From an uncultured bacterium (lineage in GTDB: Bacteria > Deinococcota > Deinococci > Deinococcales > Deinococcaceae), in NCBI GenBank assembly GCA_964430425.1, contig CAYSFX010000001.1:30419-92692 (forward strand): DNA of 62,274 nt, in the 5' to 3' direction. The first letter of the stretch is position 1. Each line of letters starts with the position of its first letter. Below the pieces are notes generated by a model. It saw nothing but the letters and a program-made list of their open reading frames with translations, did no database searches and was not told where the DNA came from. This document shows, piece after piece, positions 23,880 through 34,635 of the stretch. Made by a program: the position numbers and the translations under genes.

Positions 23880-25970
23880 ATGACGCTGAAAGACCAGCAC
23901 GCCCAGACCACGCCTCCAGGTCAGCAGTCGACCGAGGAGCCCAGTTTCATCGACCGCGCCTCCGGCTACCTGTCTCACCTGTACGACGAGGTGATGGGCA
24001 CGCCCGAGCCTGCCGCCGCCAAAGGCCTCCAGCGGTCGGGCAGCTACACCGGACAGCTCGGAGACGGCGGGGGGGCCTTCACGCTCAGGTTCCGGCAGGC
24101 CGGCACGCAGCTGTTCGGCAGCTACGTCGCGCCGAGCGGCAACCGCTACCAGCTGAAAGGCCAGGCCCTCGGCCCGGACGGCTTCTCGTTCACTACTACT
24201 GCCACCCCGGTACACATCGAGATCAAGGGAACGTTCGAGGGCGACCACATGACCGGCACGCTGGTCAATCCGAAGCACCGCTACAGCAGCGCGTTCCAGG
24301 CACAGGCCCGCACTCCTCAGGCGGCGGCGCGGCCGGCCTCGGCCGCGGGCGGGCCAGCGGCCCCGAGCACCACGAAGAAGCCCGTCGCCAGACGAAGTGG
24401 CCCGGCCGGCAAGGTGGCCTCCGCCCCGGCGGTCGGCACGCCCTCTCCCGAGCAGGCGGCCGCGATCGCCGAGAAGTATCCCGACGCAGCCTTCACCGTT
24501 AACCGCAGCGCCTCGGGAACGGCCAGCAAGGCCGAGCGTCACCGGGTCTTCGGCGTGATCGTGGCGGCGGCCCGGGACCTGGGCGAACCCTTTCCCGAGG
24601 TGCTGGCCGCGCAGTGGGCACTCGAAAGCACCTGGGGCAAGGCCCCGAGCGGCAAGAACAACCTGTTCGGCATCAAGGCCCGCAAGGGTGAGGCCTCGAC
24701 CCAGGTGATGACCCACGAGCAGGACGGCAAGGGCCACGCGCACGCCGAGAAGGCCGCCTTCCGCGACTACGACAGCGTGATCGAGGGCGTGCAGGCACGG
24801 GTGAACCTGACGCGCAGCAACCCGTCCTACGCCAAGCACGGCTACTTTCAGGCGACCACCTGCCGGGAAGCGATCCAGGCGCTCAAGGACGGCGGGTACG
24901 CCACCGACAAGAAGTACGTCGACAAACTGGTGAACTTCCTGCGCGGGGTCGGCATGGACGCCGACCGGGTGGTGCACACCCCGGCAGACGGTGCCAGGAA
25001 GGTGGCCACCGCCAAGCCGCCCACAGCTGGGGCAACGGGGGGGACGCCCGCCCGGCCCGTGGCAGCCAATGCTTCACCGACCGGCGTGGCCGCCATCCCG
25101 GCGCTTCCCCCGGCCAAAGCGGCTGGGCAGGGAGAGCAGACCAGCGCAGCGGTTCCGGGCGTGCCGCGCGAGGCGGCCCAGCCGGAGGTGACGCCAGCCC
25201 CCGACACCAGCGCCGAGGCGACGGCGGCGATGGAGAAGGCTCCCACCGAACTCGCCCCGCTGATGGCGAAGACCGAGCTGACGCCCGAAGAGATCAAGGT
25301 GGCGCGTGCACTGATCGAGGCCGTGCCGGCCAAGAGCGAACGCGAGGAGCTGTTTCTCGACCTGCAGCGCAAGGTGCCGTACCACAACCAGCGCAACAAC
25401 GCGACTCAGGAGGACGGCACGGCCATCGGCGACAAGATGTGCAACCTCACCTCGCTGGCGATGGCGCTCGAGACGCTCGGCATCAGCAACCCCGAGCCGG
25501 AGCACTTCACCCAGTTCGAGGACTACCTCGAGTCGCTGCGGGTGCACCGCAAGCTGCCGGCCCGAACCGACATGAGCGGCTGGGGCGGCGTCGCCAAGGC
25601 GATGGGCGCCACGCTGCAGATCGTCGGCGGTGACGTGCAGAAGGGTGAGAGCGGCAAGTACGAGCAGAGCTGGTGGGGCACGCACGTGCTGCCGGCCCTC
25701 AAGCAGGGCAAAGCGGTGACGATGAGCATCGGTGGCCACATCGTGCGGGTGCAGGAGGTGGCGGAAGACGGCCTGGTGGTCGACGATCCCTACGGCATCT
25801 CGCAGCTGAAGCCCGGGAAGGCGCGGGGCTGGCGCGGCACCAACGCCAAGCCCAAGGCGGGGGCGGCGGAAGCCTCCGAGCGCGAGGGCGCGGTCGGCTC
25901 GGACGTCAAGTGGAGCTGGGCCGAGGTGAGCGGGCACGTCATGCACTGGGTCGCAGTCCTGAGCAAATGA
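23880..25970 (+). CDS. Putative cell-wall-degrading effector: N-terminal leader, beta domain, GH73 (FlgJ-like) glucosaminidase/muramidase, C39-like cysteine peptidase
   Basis: RBS-supported ATG gives 696 aa; AQWALESTWG, NNLFGIK, FRDYDS, GYATD (GH73); VPYHNQRNN, CNLTSLAM, GHIVRV, VDDPYG (C39-like Cys/His/Asp); no hydrophobic signal peptide. Confidence 0.8.
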   Translation: MTLKDQHAQTTPPGQQSTEEPSFIDRASGYLSHLYDEVMGTPEPAAAKGLQRSGSYTGQLGDGGGAFTLRFRQAGTQLFGSYVAPSGNRYQLKGQALGPDGFSFTTTATPVHIEIKGTFEGDHMTGTLVNPKHRYSSAFQAQARTPQAAARPASAAGGPAAPSTTKKPVARRSGPAGKVASAPAVGTPSPEQAAAIAEKYPDAAFTVNRSASGTASKAERHRVFGVIVAAARDLGEPFPEVLAAQWALESTWGKAPSGKNNLFGIKARKGEASTQVMTHEQDGKGHAHAEKAAFRDYDSVIEGVQARVNLTRSNPSYAKHGYFQATTCREAIQALKDGGYATDKKYVDKLVNFLRGVGMDADRVVHTPADGARKVATAKPPTAGATGGTPARPVAANASPTGVAAIPALPPAKAAGQGEQTSAAVPGVPREAAQPEVTPAPDTSAEATAAMEKAPTELAPLMAKTELTPEEIKVARALIEAVPAKSEREELFLDLQRKVPYHNQRNNATQEDGTAIGDKMCNLTSLAMALETLGISNPEPEHFTQFEDYLESLRVHRKLPARTDMSGWGGVAKAMGATLQIVGGDVQKGESGKYEQSWWGTHVLPALKQGKAVTMSIGGHIVRVQEVAEDGLVVDDPYGISQLKPGKARGWRGTNAKPKAGAAEASEREGAVGSDVKWSWAEVSGHVMHWVAVLSK

Positions 25971-25989
25971 GCGCCGGGAAGGAGAGGAA

Positions 25990-26556
25990 ATGGTGTCCCG
26001 AATCCTGCTGTGCTGCGCGCTGCTGAGCGCCTCGCCCGTTCTGGCGGCGACCGTGCTGGACGACTACCTGACGCTGCCGCAGAAGTATCTGGCGGCACTG
26101 GGCACCACGGCCGACCGGACTTCGCTGATCCGGGTGCAGGACCTGCGCAACGGATACCTGGAGCTGGAGGGCGCCTGGGAGGGCAACGCCCAGGTGGCGC
26201 TCTGGACCGGGCGCGGCGGGCAGCGCCTGCTGGGCGTGGTGCAGACCGACTGCGGCCCGGTGTGCCACCAGACCCTGTACTTTCTGAAGCGGCAGAACGG
26301 CCGCTGGGTGGACGTGACCCGCACGACCTTCTCGCCGCCGTCCAGCGCCGTCCTGCTCGGCTATTTCCGGACCGCCAGCCGGAACACCCGTCGCCCCGGC
26401 GAAGACACGCCGCCCTTTCTGTACACCCTGCCGCGCGTCGGCACGGCCATCGAGGTGGTCGTCGATCCGACCTTCACCGACCACCCCACTGTGCTCACCC
26501 GGCTGCGCTTCGACGCCGCCACCATGCGCTTCACCGATCTGGGAGGACCGAAGTGA
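25990..26556 (+). CDS. Exported protein, candidate immunity protein 1
   Basis: Strong RBS; Sec signal MVSRILLCCALLSASPVLA; DLRNGYL, CGPVC, WVDVT, YTLPRVG; starts 19 nt after the effector stop. Confidence 0.7.
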   Translation: MVSRILLCCALLSASPVLAATVLDDYLTLPQKYLAALGTTADRTSLIRVQDLRNGYLELEGAWEGNAQVALWTGRGGQRLLGVVQTDCGPVCHQTLYFLKRQNGRWVDVTRTTFSPPSSAVLLGYFRTASRNTRRPGEDTPPFLYTLPRVGTAIEVVVDPTFTDHPTVLTRLRFDAATMRFTDLGGPK

Positions 26557-27080
26557 GACCGATGTTCCTGCTCTGCCTGCTCGCCGCCTGCGGCGTGGTT
26601 GCCACCCGGTCCCCCGCCTCTGCGGCCACCCTGCCGGCCCTCAACACCTTCTGCAGCAGCTCCAGCAAGACCCTCTGCGTGCTGTATCCGGCCGCCTGGA
26701 ACAAGTCGTCGTTCCGCACCGAGAAGGCCGCTGGCGGTGAGAAGATCACGGCCGTCTACGCCTATCACCCGTCGGGGAGCAGCACCGGGTTCGCGGAGGG
26801 CTTCGACGCCTCGGCCTCGCCCTCGTCCGGCTACGTGGACCTGAAAGAGGCGATGGCCGACCAGCAGCAGGCACTGGTCGAGACGGGGGCCAAAATCACC
26901 TACTCGAAGCTGGGCGACGACTGGTACGTGCTGTCGGGCACCGACTTTAGAGGCAACGTCTTTTACGACAAAGTGGTCGAGACCGGCCGCTTCCACAAAG
27001 AGCTGAACGTCGTGTACCCGGCCCGAAACAGCAAGTACTGGCAGGGGTTCCTCGGGCAGATGACGCGCGACTTCAGGTAA
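26553..27080 (+). CDS. Exported protein or lipoprotein (PsbP/DcrB-like by pattern), candidate immunity protein 2
   Basis: GTGA overlap with the upstream gene, RBS GGAGGA; hydrophobic N-terminus with LAAC lipobox-like motif; ITYSKLGDDWYVLSG...VFYDK...VVYP. Confidence 0.68.
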   Translation: MRPMFLLCLLAACGVVATRSPASAATLPALNTFCSSSSKTLCVLYPAAWNKSSFRTEKAAGGEKITAVYAYHPSGSSTGFAEGFDASASPSSGYVDLKEAMADQQQALVETGAKITYSKLGDDWYVLSGTDFRGNVFYDKVVETGRFHKELNVVYPARNSKYWQGFLGQMTRDFR

Positions 27081-27083
27081 GAC

Positions 27084-27551
27084 TCACAGCCCCAGTTCGC
27101 TCAGGCCGGGGTGATCGCCCGGACGTAGCCCCAAAGCCCAGCGGAACAGGCGGTCCGATTCCCGGATCGGCACGTCGTTGATGGACGCTTCCCGTCGGTG
27201 CATCAGCCCCGCCTCGGTGAAGGCCCACTGCTCGTTGCCGTGGGCCCGGAACCACTGCCCGGCCGCGTCGTGAAACTCGTAGGCAAAGCGGACGGCGATG
27301 TGGTCACCGGTGAAGGCCCACACCTCTTTGATGAGCCGGTAGTCCTGCTCGCGCTCCCACTTGCGTGTCAGGAAGGCCACCACCGCCTCTCGGCCGCTCA
27401 GGAACTCGCTCCGGTTGCGCCACTGCGTGTCCTGCGTGTAGGCGAGCGACACCCGCAGCGGGTCCCGGCTGTTCCAGGCGTCCTCGGCCATACGGGCCTT
27501 CTGGCGGGCGGTTTCATCGGTGAAGGGCGGAAGGGGGGGACGGGATTCCAT
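27084..27551 (-). CDS. SnoaL/NTF2-like protein (DUF1348 family)
   Basis: [56 protein letters not shown]. Confidence 0.9.
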   Translation of the reverse strand: MESRPPLPPFTDETARQKARMAEDAWNSRDPLRVSLAYTQDTQWRNRSEFLSGREAVVAFLTRKWEREQDYRLIKEVWAFTGDHIAVRFAYEFHDAAGQWFRAHGNEQWAFTEAGLMHRREASINDVPIRESDRLFRWALGLRPGDHPGLSELGL

Positions 27552-27598
27552 GGGGCCTCCTGGGACGTGCTTGCAGGGTAGCAAGGGGGGCGACGGCA

Positions 27599-27631
27599 GG
27601 GCGCCCGGCAGAACTCGTCCGCCGGGCGCCC
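27599..27631 (-). terminator. Hairpin downstream of valS
   Basis: gggcgcccggc...gccgggcgccc inverted repeat. Confidence 0.5.
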
Positions 27632-27650
27632 GCTTCCATACTCAGTCGTT

Positions 27651-30421
<2,771 letters not shown>

Positions 30422-30425
<4 letters not shown>

Positions 30426-30922
30426 CGGGACTCCTGAAGCGAGGTCAGTTCGGGCAGATATTCGTGTGAGCCGTGGCCGGGCGTGAGGTCCGGGTGCATA
30501 AGAGGCGTGAAGCGCAGGTGAAAGTTCATTCCGGTGTCGAGTTCGCCGCCCGTGACGGTGTGCGTCCAGGCGTCCGGCGTGGTGGGCGGGGCCGAGAATT
30601 GAAAGTAGTGCCAGACCTGTTCGGGCCCAGTCCAGCCCTCGCGGCCCCAGACGCAGGACCCGAGGTGAACGGGTTCGCCCAGATCAGCAAGGCCGGTCTC
30701 CTCGAACGCTTCGCGGGCCGCCGCCTGGGCAGGCGTCTCGCCGGGGTCGACACCGCCGCCCGGCAGCTGCACGAGGATACCCTGCGGCGCCGCAGCTGCC
30801 TCCTCGAAGACCAGCAGTTCATTTCGGCCCCGGGTGACGTAACACACCGCCCGTTGCCGCACCCCGTTCGCCTCGGCGTAAGCGACGCCCATCTGCACCG
30901 TGCCGCACCTGCTGCTCTTCAT
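30422..30922 (-). CDS. NUDIX hydrolase
   Basis: Nudix box PGGGVDPGETPAQAAAREAFEETGL; stop overlaps the valS start (ATGA). Confidence 0.88.
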
Positions 30923-30944
30923 GTCCCCTCCCCGTCTCCACACA

Positions 30945-31210
30945 GAACACGCCCCGTCCGGGGGCCGGAACCCTGTGCGGACGAGGCGCTGCTTCAGCGT
31001 TCCCGTGGTACCACCGCGCTTCCCCCACCACCTCCGGGGGCACTCGAATGCGCTGTATCGGGCGCGCCCGGAGGAGTCTACTGGGCCCTGCGGCCGTTCT
31101 TCCCTCGCACTCGCGGGTGACGTTCTCCGGCGGCGTTCCCCGGCGGCCTCTCAGTCAAGGGCCGCCCTTCCTGTGGGCGCACGTCCGGGTACTCTTCCCG
31201 GTCATCGTGC
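30945..31210 (-). promoter_or_regulatory. Val-specific T-box riboswitch leader
   Basis: On the minus strand: -10 TATACT (31215-31220); stem I with AGTA, CTGAGAG and specifier loop GAAC-GTC-ACCC (GTC = Val, 31119-31121); stem II with GAA/AGTA; T-box GCGCGGTGGTACCACGG (bulge 31007-31013); terminator cgcctcgtccg/cggacggggcg (30950-30988). Confidence 0.9.
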
Positions 31211-31226
31211 CCGCAGTATACAGAGT

Positions 31227-31796
31227 TCAGGCTTCCTGCGCCCGCGCCGACTGCCAGTCGTCCCGGCTGATCTCCATGTGCACGTCGGTGCGGTCTTCCT
31301 GCACGGTGCGCCCCACTTCCCGGAAGCCCGTCGCCAGGAAACTGCGCTGGGCGCGGCGGTTGTGCGAGAAGGTGGTCAGCCGCACCCGGTCGAGCGGCGG
31401 TTGACGCTGCGAGAACACCCAGGCCAGCAGCGCCCGCACCGCGTCGCGGCCGTAGCCCTGGCCCCACAGGCGGCGCTCGCCGATCATCACGCCCAGGGTG
31501 GCGAAGCGGGCCACACTCGGCGGCACCGGGCGCAGGTCGTACAGTTCGATGCTGCCGATCAGGCCGCCCGATTCGTCGAGGATCCCGAAGCCGTGCCGGT
31601 CGCCGCCGCGCTCCTCGTCGATCATCACCCGCCGAAACAGGAACTCGGGGATACGGATCGGCTGAGCGCCGTTCCAGTCGGCCAGTTCGCGGTCACGGAA
31701 ATAGCTGTGCAGCCGCCGCCACTCGGAGCCGTCGAGCTGCACGAGCGGCTTGAGCGTCACACGCCCGGAGGCCGGGCCGCTGACGGGCAGGGTCAC
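31227..31796 (-). CDS. GNAT (RimJ/RimL-like) N-acetyltransferase
   Basis: LIGSIELYD, WGQGYGRDAV, NRRAQRSFLATGF; GTG start chosen, start uncertain. Confidence 0.85.
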   Translation of the reverse strand: MTLPVSGPASGRVTLKPLVQLDGSEWRRLHSYFRDRELADWNGAQPIRIPEFLFRRVMIDEERGGDRHGFGILDESGGLIGSIELYDLRPVPPSVARFATLGVMIGERRLWGQGYGRDAVRALLAWVFSQRQPPLDRVRLTTFSHNRRAQRSFLATGFREVGRTVQEDRTDVHMEISRDDWQSARAQEA

Positions 31797-31935
31797 GGTG
31801 CCCCCTGCCGGACCGCAGACAGCGACCGCCGTGGTTGTTTTCGCGTGAGCCTCATGCGGGGGTAGTGTAGCAACGATGCGCAAACGAGCAGCGGGCGACC
31901 CCGAAAGGCCGCCCGCTCACGCTTCACCGCGCCGG

Positions 31936-32526
31936 TCAGTGGGCGCTGCGCTGGCTGCTCAGACGGCCCGCACCGATCACCGAGTCCATGTCGACGGCTC
32001 CGTTGCTCTTGAAAATTCTCACCGCGTCGTCGCCCTTGATGTCGTCCTGCGTGCGGGCGAACACCAGAATGTGGCCGTCCTTCAGGCTCTGGTAGTACCC
32101 TTCGGCCACGCGGGCAGGCATGCCGAACTGGCGCATGAGCTTCACGTAGTCGCCGCCGTCGGTGCCGGCCAGCGCGCCGAACAGCCCACCCATGCCCGCG
32201 CCGCCCAGCACGCCGAACAGCATGCCCAGCAGGCCGCCGTCGGCGTAGATGCGGGTGCTCGGAATGATCAGCAGGATGATCCAGACCGGCACCGTGAGGG
32301 CCAGCCCGCACAGCACGCCGATGCCCATGCCGCGCAACACGCTGCCGGCTCCGGCGGGAGCGCCTTCCTCGGGGCTGACACCGGTGTCCGAGGCCAGTTC
32401 GGCTTCCTGAATGACGTCCAGACTGGTGAACCCCAGGTTGTCGCGGTGGTAGCCACGGTCGAGGAGGGCGGCCAGGGTGGACTTCACCTGGTCAGGTTCA
32501 CGAAAGAGGGCAACGACGCTTTCCAT
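31936..32526 (-). CDS. Membrane protein with a Gly-rich hydrophobic hairpin (general stress protein-like)
   Basis: MESVVALF, Gly-zipper TM segments, YYQSLKDGHILV. Confidence 0.7.
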   Translation of the reverse strand: MESVVALFREPDQVKSTLAALLDRGYHRDNLGFTSLDVIQEAELASDTGVSPEEGAPAGAGSVLRGMGIGVLCGLALTVPVWIILLIIPSTRIYADGGLLGMLFGVLGGAGMGGLFGALAGTDGGDYVKLMRQFGMPARVAEGYYQSLKDGHILVFARTQDDIKGDDAVRIFKSNGAVDMDSVIGAGRLSSQRSAH

Positions 32527-32617
32527 TGCCTTCTGTTGTATCACGGCGCAGTCGCGCCTGACGAGGGACAGCCGTACTTCCTGAAACCTGGATAAACCGG
32601 GAGAAGCAAAGGGGTGT

Positions 32618-33424
32618 CTAGGCTTCCTGACCCGGCCCGAGCACGTCGTCGGCCTCGGTGGCCTCGTTCAGGGCTTCGAGGTGCGCGGCGTCGTTGAAGC
32701 CCAGCAGCGTGCCCCCGGTCGGCGTCAGCACCACCCGCGTGACCGAGGTGTTGGTCACCGACAGCCGCGCCCAGGCGTTCTGCGGCACGCCGCCCAGCGC
32801 CAGCCCCACCGCCACCCGCACCACGCCGCCGTGCGTGAAGACCAGCACCCGTCCGCCCGGATGGCGCTCGCGCATCGCCTGAAAGCTGGCTCCGGCCCGG
32901 GTGTACAGGTCTTCCATGCTCTCGCCGCCGGGCCGCCGGGTGGCCCACGGATCGGCGCGCAGCGCCTCGAGGTACTCGGCGTGCTGACGCTTCATCTGCG
33001 GTGTGTCGAGGCCACTCAGCAGGCCCACGTCGATCTCGCGCAGGCCGGGATCGGTCTGCACCTCGGGCGGGCCGGCCAGCCGCTCGGTGACGATCTGCGC
33101 GGTCGTCAGAGCGCGGGCCAGGTCGCTGGAGTACACCGCCGTGAAGGGCTGCCCGGTCAGGCGCTCGGCCAGCATCGCGGCCTGAAACCGGCCCTCCTGG
33201 CTGAGCGGCACGTCGCTCTGCCCCTGATAGCGGCCCAGCGCGTTCCAGGTGCTTTCGCCGTGCCGCACCACCCAGAACTCGGTCATCAGGGTCGAATCGG
33301 GCCACTGGAAGCCGGTCGCCAGCCGGGCCGACGGTTGCGCGGGTCCGGGCGTTCCCGCAGCGCCTTCGCCGTCGCCGGCTCCGGTCGTGGTCGCCCCCGG
33401 CAGGTTCGACTCGCGCCCGCTCAT
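32618..33424 (-). CDS. Histidine phosphatase family protein (phosphoglycerate mutase-like)
   Basis: VRHGESTWN, YSSDLARA, LREIDVG, PGGES, FTHGG; ATGA overlap with purM. Confidence 0.9.
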   Translation of the reverse strand: MSGRESNLPGATTTGAGDGEGAAGTPGPAQPSARLATGFQWPDSTLMTEFWVVRHGESTWNALGRYQGQSDVPLSQEGRFQAAMLAERLTGQPFTAVYSSDLARALTTAQIVTERLAGPPEVQTDPGLREIDVGLLSGLDTPQMKRQHAEYLEALRADPWATRRPGGESMEDLYTRAGASFQAMRERHPGGRVLVFTHGGVVRVAVGLALGGVPQNAWARLSVTNTSVTRVVLTPTGGTLLGFNDAAHLEALNEATEADDVLGPGQEA

Positions 33425-34533
33425 GCCCCGGCCTGCGCTCCGATCAGGCTCACGCCCTGCCCTGGCACCATCTGCCCGATCACCCACGGGGCCTCGCCGC
33501 CCGCCGTCAGCGCGTCCAGGGCCTGCCGTTCCTGCTCTTGGGGCACCATGAACAGGAAGCCCACCCCCATGTTGACCGCGTGGAAGGCGTCGTGGACGCT
33601 CACCTCACCGCGCTCCACGATCAGCTGGAAGAGGGGCGGCCGCGCCCAGCTGGAGAGCTGAACGTTCATTCCCAGCCCGTCGGGGAAGATGCGCGGCGGG
33701 TTGTCGATCAATCCGCCGCCGGTGATGTGGCTCATGCCGCGCACGTCCACACCCGCCGTGACCAGGGCCTCGAAGGCGCTCAGGTAGCAGCGGTGCGGGG
33801 CCAGCAGCGCGTCTTGCAGGGTGCCGCCCAGGTCGGAACGCACCTCGGTCCAGTCGAGCCCTTCCAGCGCGCGCCGGGCCAGACTGTAGCCGTTGGTGTG
33901 CAGGCCGTTGCTGGGCAGCGCGATCACCACGTCGCCGGCCGTCAGCCGCTCTCCGGTGACGAGTGCGGGGCGGTCGACCACCCCCACCAGCGTGCCCACG
34001 ATGTCGAGTTCTCCCTCGACGTACACGCCCGGCATCTCGGCCGTCTCCCCGCCCAGCAGGGCCGCGCCGACCTTCAGGCAGGCGTCGGCCGCGCCGTTCA
34101 CGAACTCGGCCACCGCTTCGGGAACCAGCTTGCCCATGGCGATGTAGTCGAGGAAAAACAGCGGCCTCGCGCCCTGCACCAGCAGGTCGTTGGTGCAGTG
34201 GTTGACGATGTCGTGGCCCAGCCCGGCGTACTGTCCGGCGAGGGCGGCCACCTTGGTCTTGGTGCCGACGCCGTCGGTCGAGGCCACCAGCACCGGGTCG
34301 CTCATGCCGGCGAAGCCCGGACGGAACAGCCCGCCGAAGCCGCCCAGCCCGCTGAGCACCTCTCCGCGCAGGCCCGGCGCCGTCTGACTGCGGCCCACCG
34401 CCTCTTTCATCAGGGCCACGGCGCGGTGCCCGGCCTCGATATCGACGCCGGACTGCTGGTAGGCCGACTGCCGGGCTGCCGCCGGGCGGGCTGGGGTGGA
34501 TGAAGCTTCGTCGTTGTGGGTATCGTTCGCCAT
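33421..34533 (-). CDS. purM: Phosphoribosylformylglycinamidine cyclo-ligase
   Basis: YQQSGVDI, GGFGGLF, STDGVGTK, GGETAEMPG, HTNGYSL, HITGGG, NMGVG. Confidence 0.96.
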   Translation of the reverse strand: MANDTHNDEASSTPARPAAARQSAYQQSGVDIEAGHRAVALMKEAVGRSQTAPGLRGEVLSGLGGFGGLFRPGFAGMSDPVLVASTDGVGTKTKVAALAGQYAGLGHDIVNHCTNDLLVQGARPLFFLDYIAMGKLVPEAVAEFVNGAADACLKVGAALLGGETAEMPGVYVEGELDIVGTLVGVVDRPALVTGERLTAGDVVIALPSNGLHTNGYSLARRALEGLDWTEVRSDLGGTLQDALLAPHRCYLSAFEALVTAGVDVRGMSHITGGGLIDNPPRIFPDGLGMNVQLSSWARPPLFQLIVERGEVSVHDAFHAVNMGVGFLFMVPQEQERQALDALTAGGEAPWVIGQMVPGQGVSLIGAQAGA

Positions 34534-34635
34534 GCGTCTGGCAGACAGTGTAGCAGGGGTGTACGGGAGTTCCAGCCTGGAAACGCCCCCGAACAGGGCC
34601 CCGCCCCTGCCGCCCGCACGGTATCCTGAGCAGCG

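Noticed and set aside
24540..24945. Flagellar FlgJ gene
   Set aside because: Only the GH73 domain is shared. There is no rod-binding domain and no flagellar gene context.
21651..27080. Prophage lysis cassette or complete eCIS locus
   Set aside because: There are no holin, capsid, tail, sheath, baseplate or integrase genes in the window; only the ATPase, hydrolase and two exported proteins.
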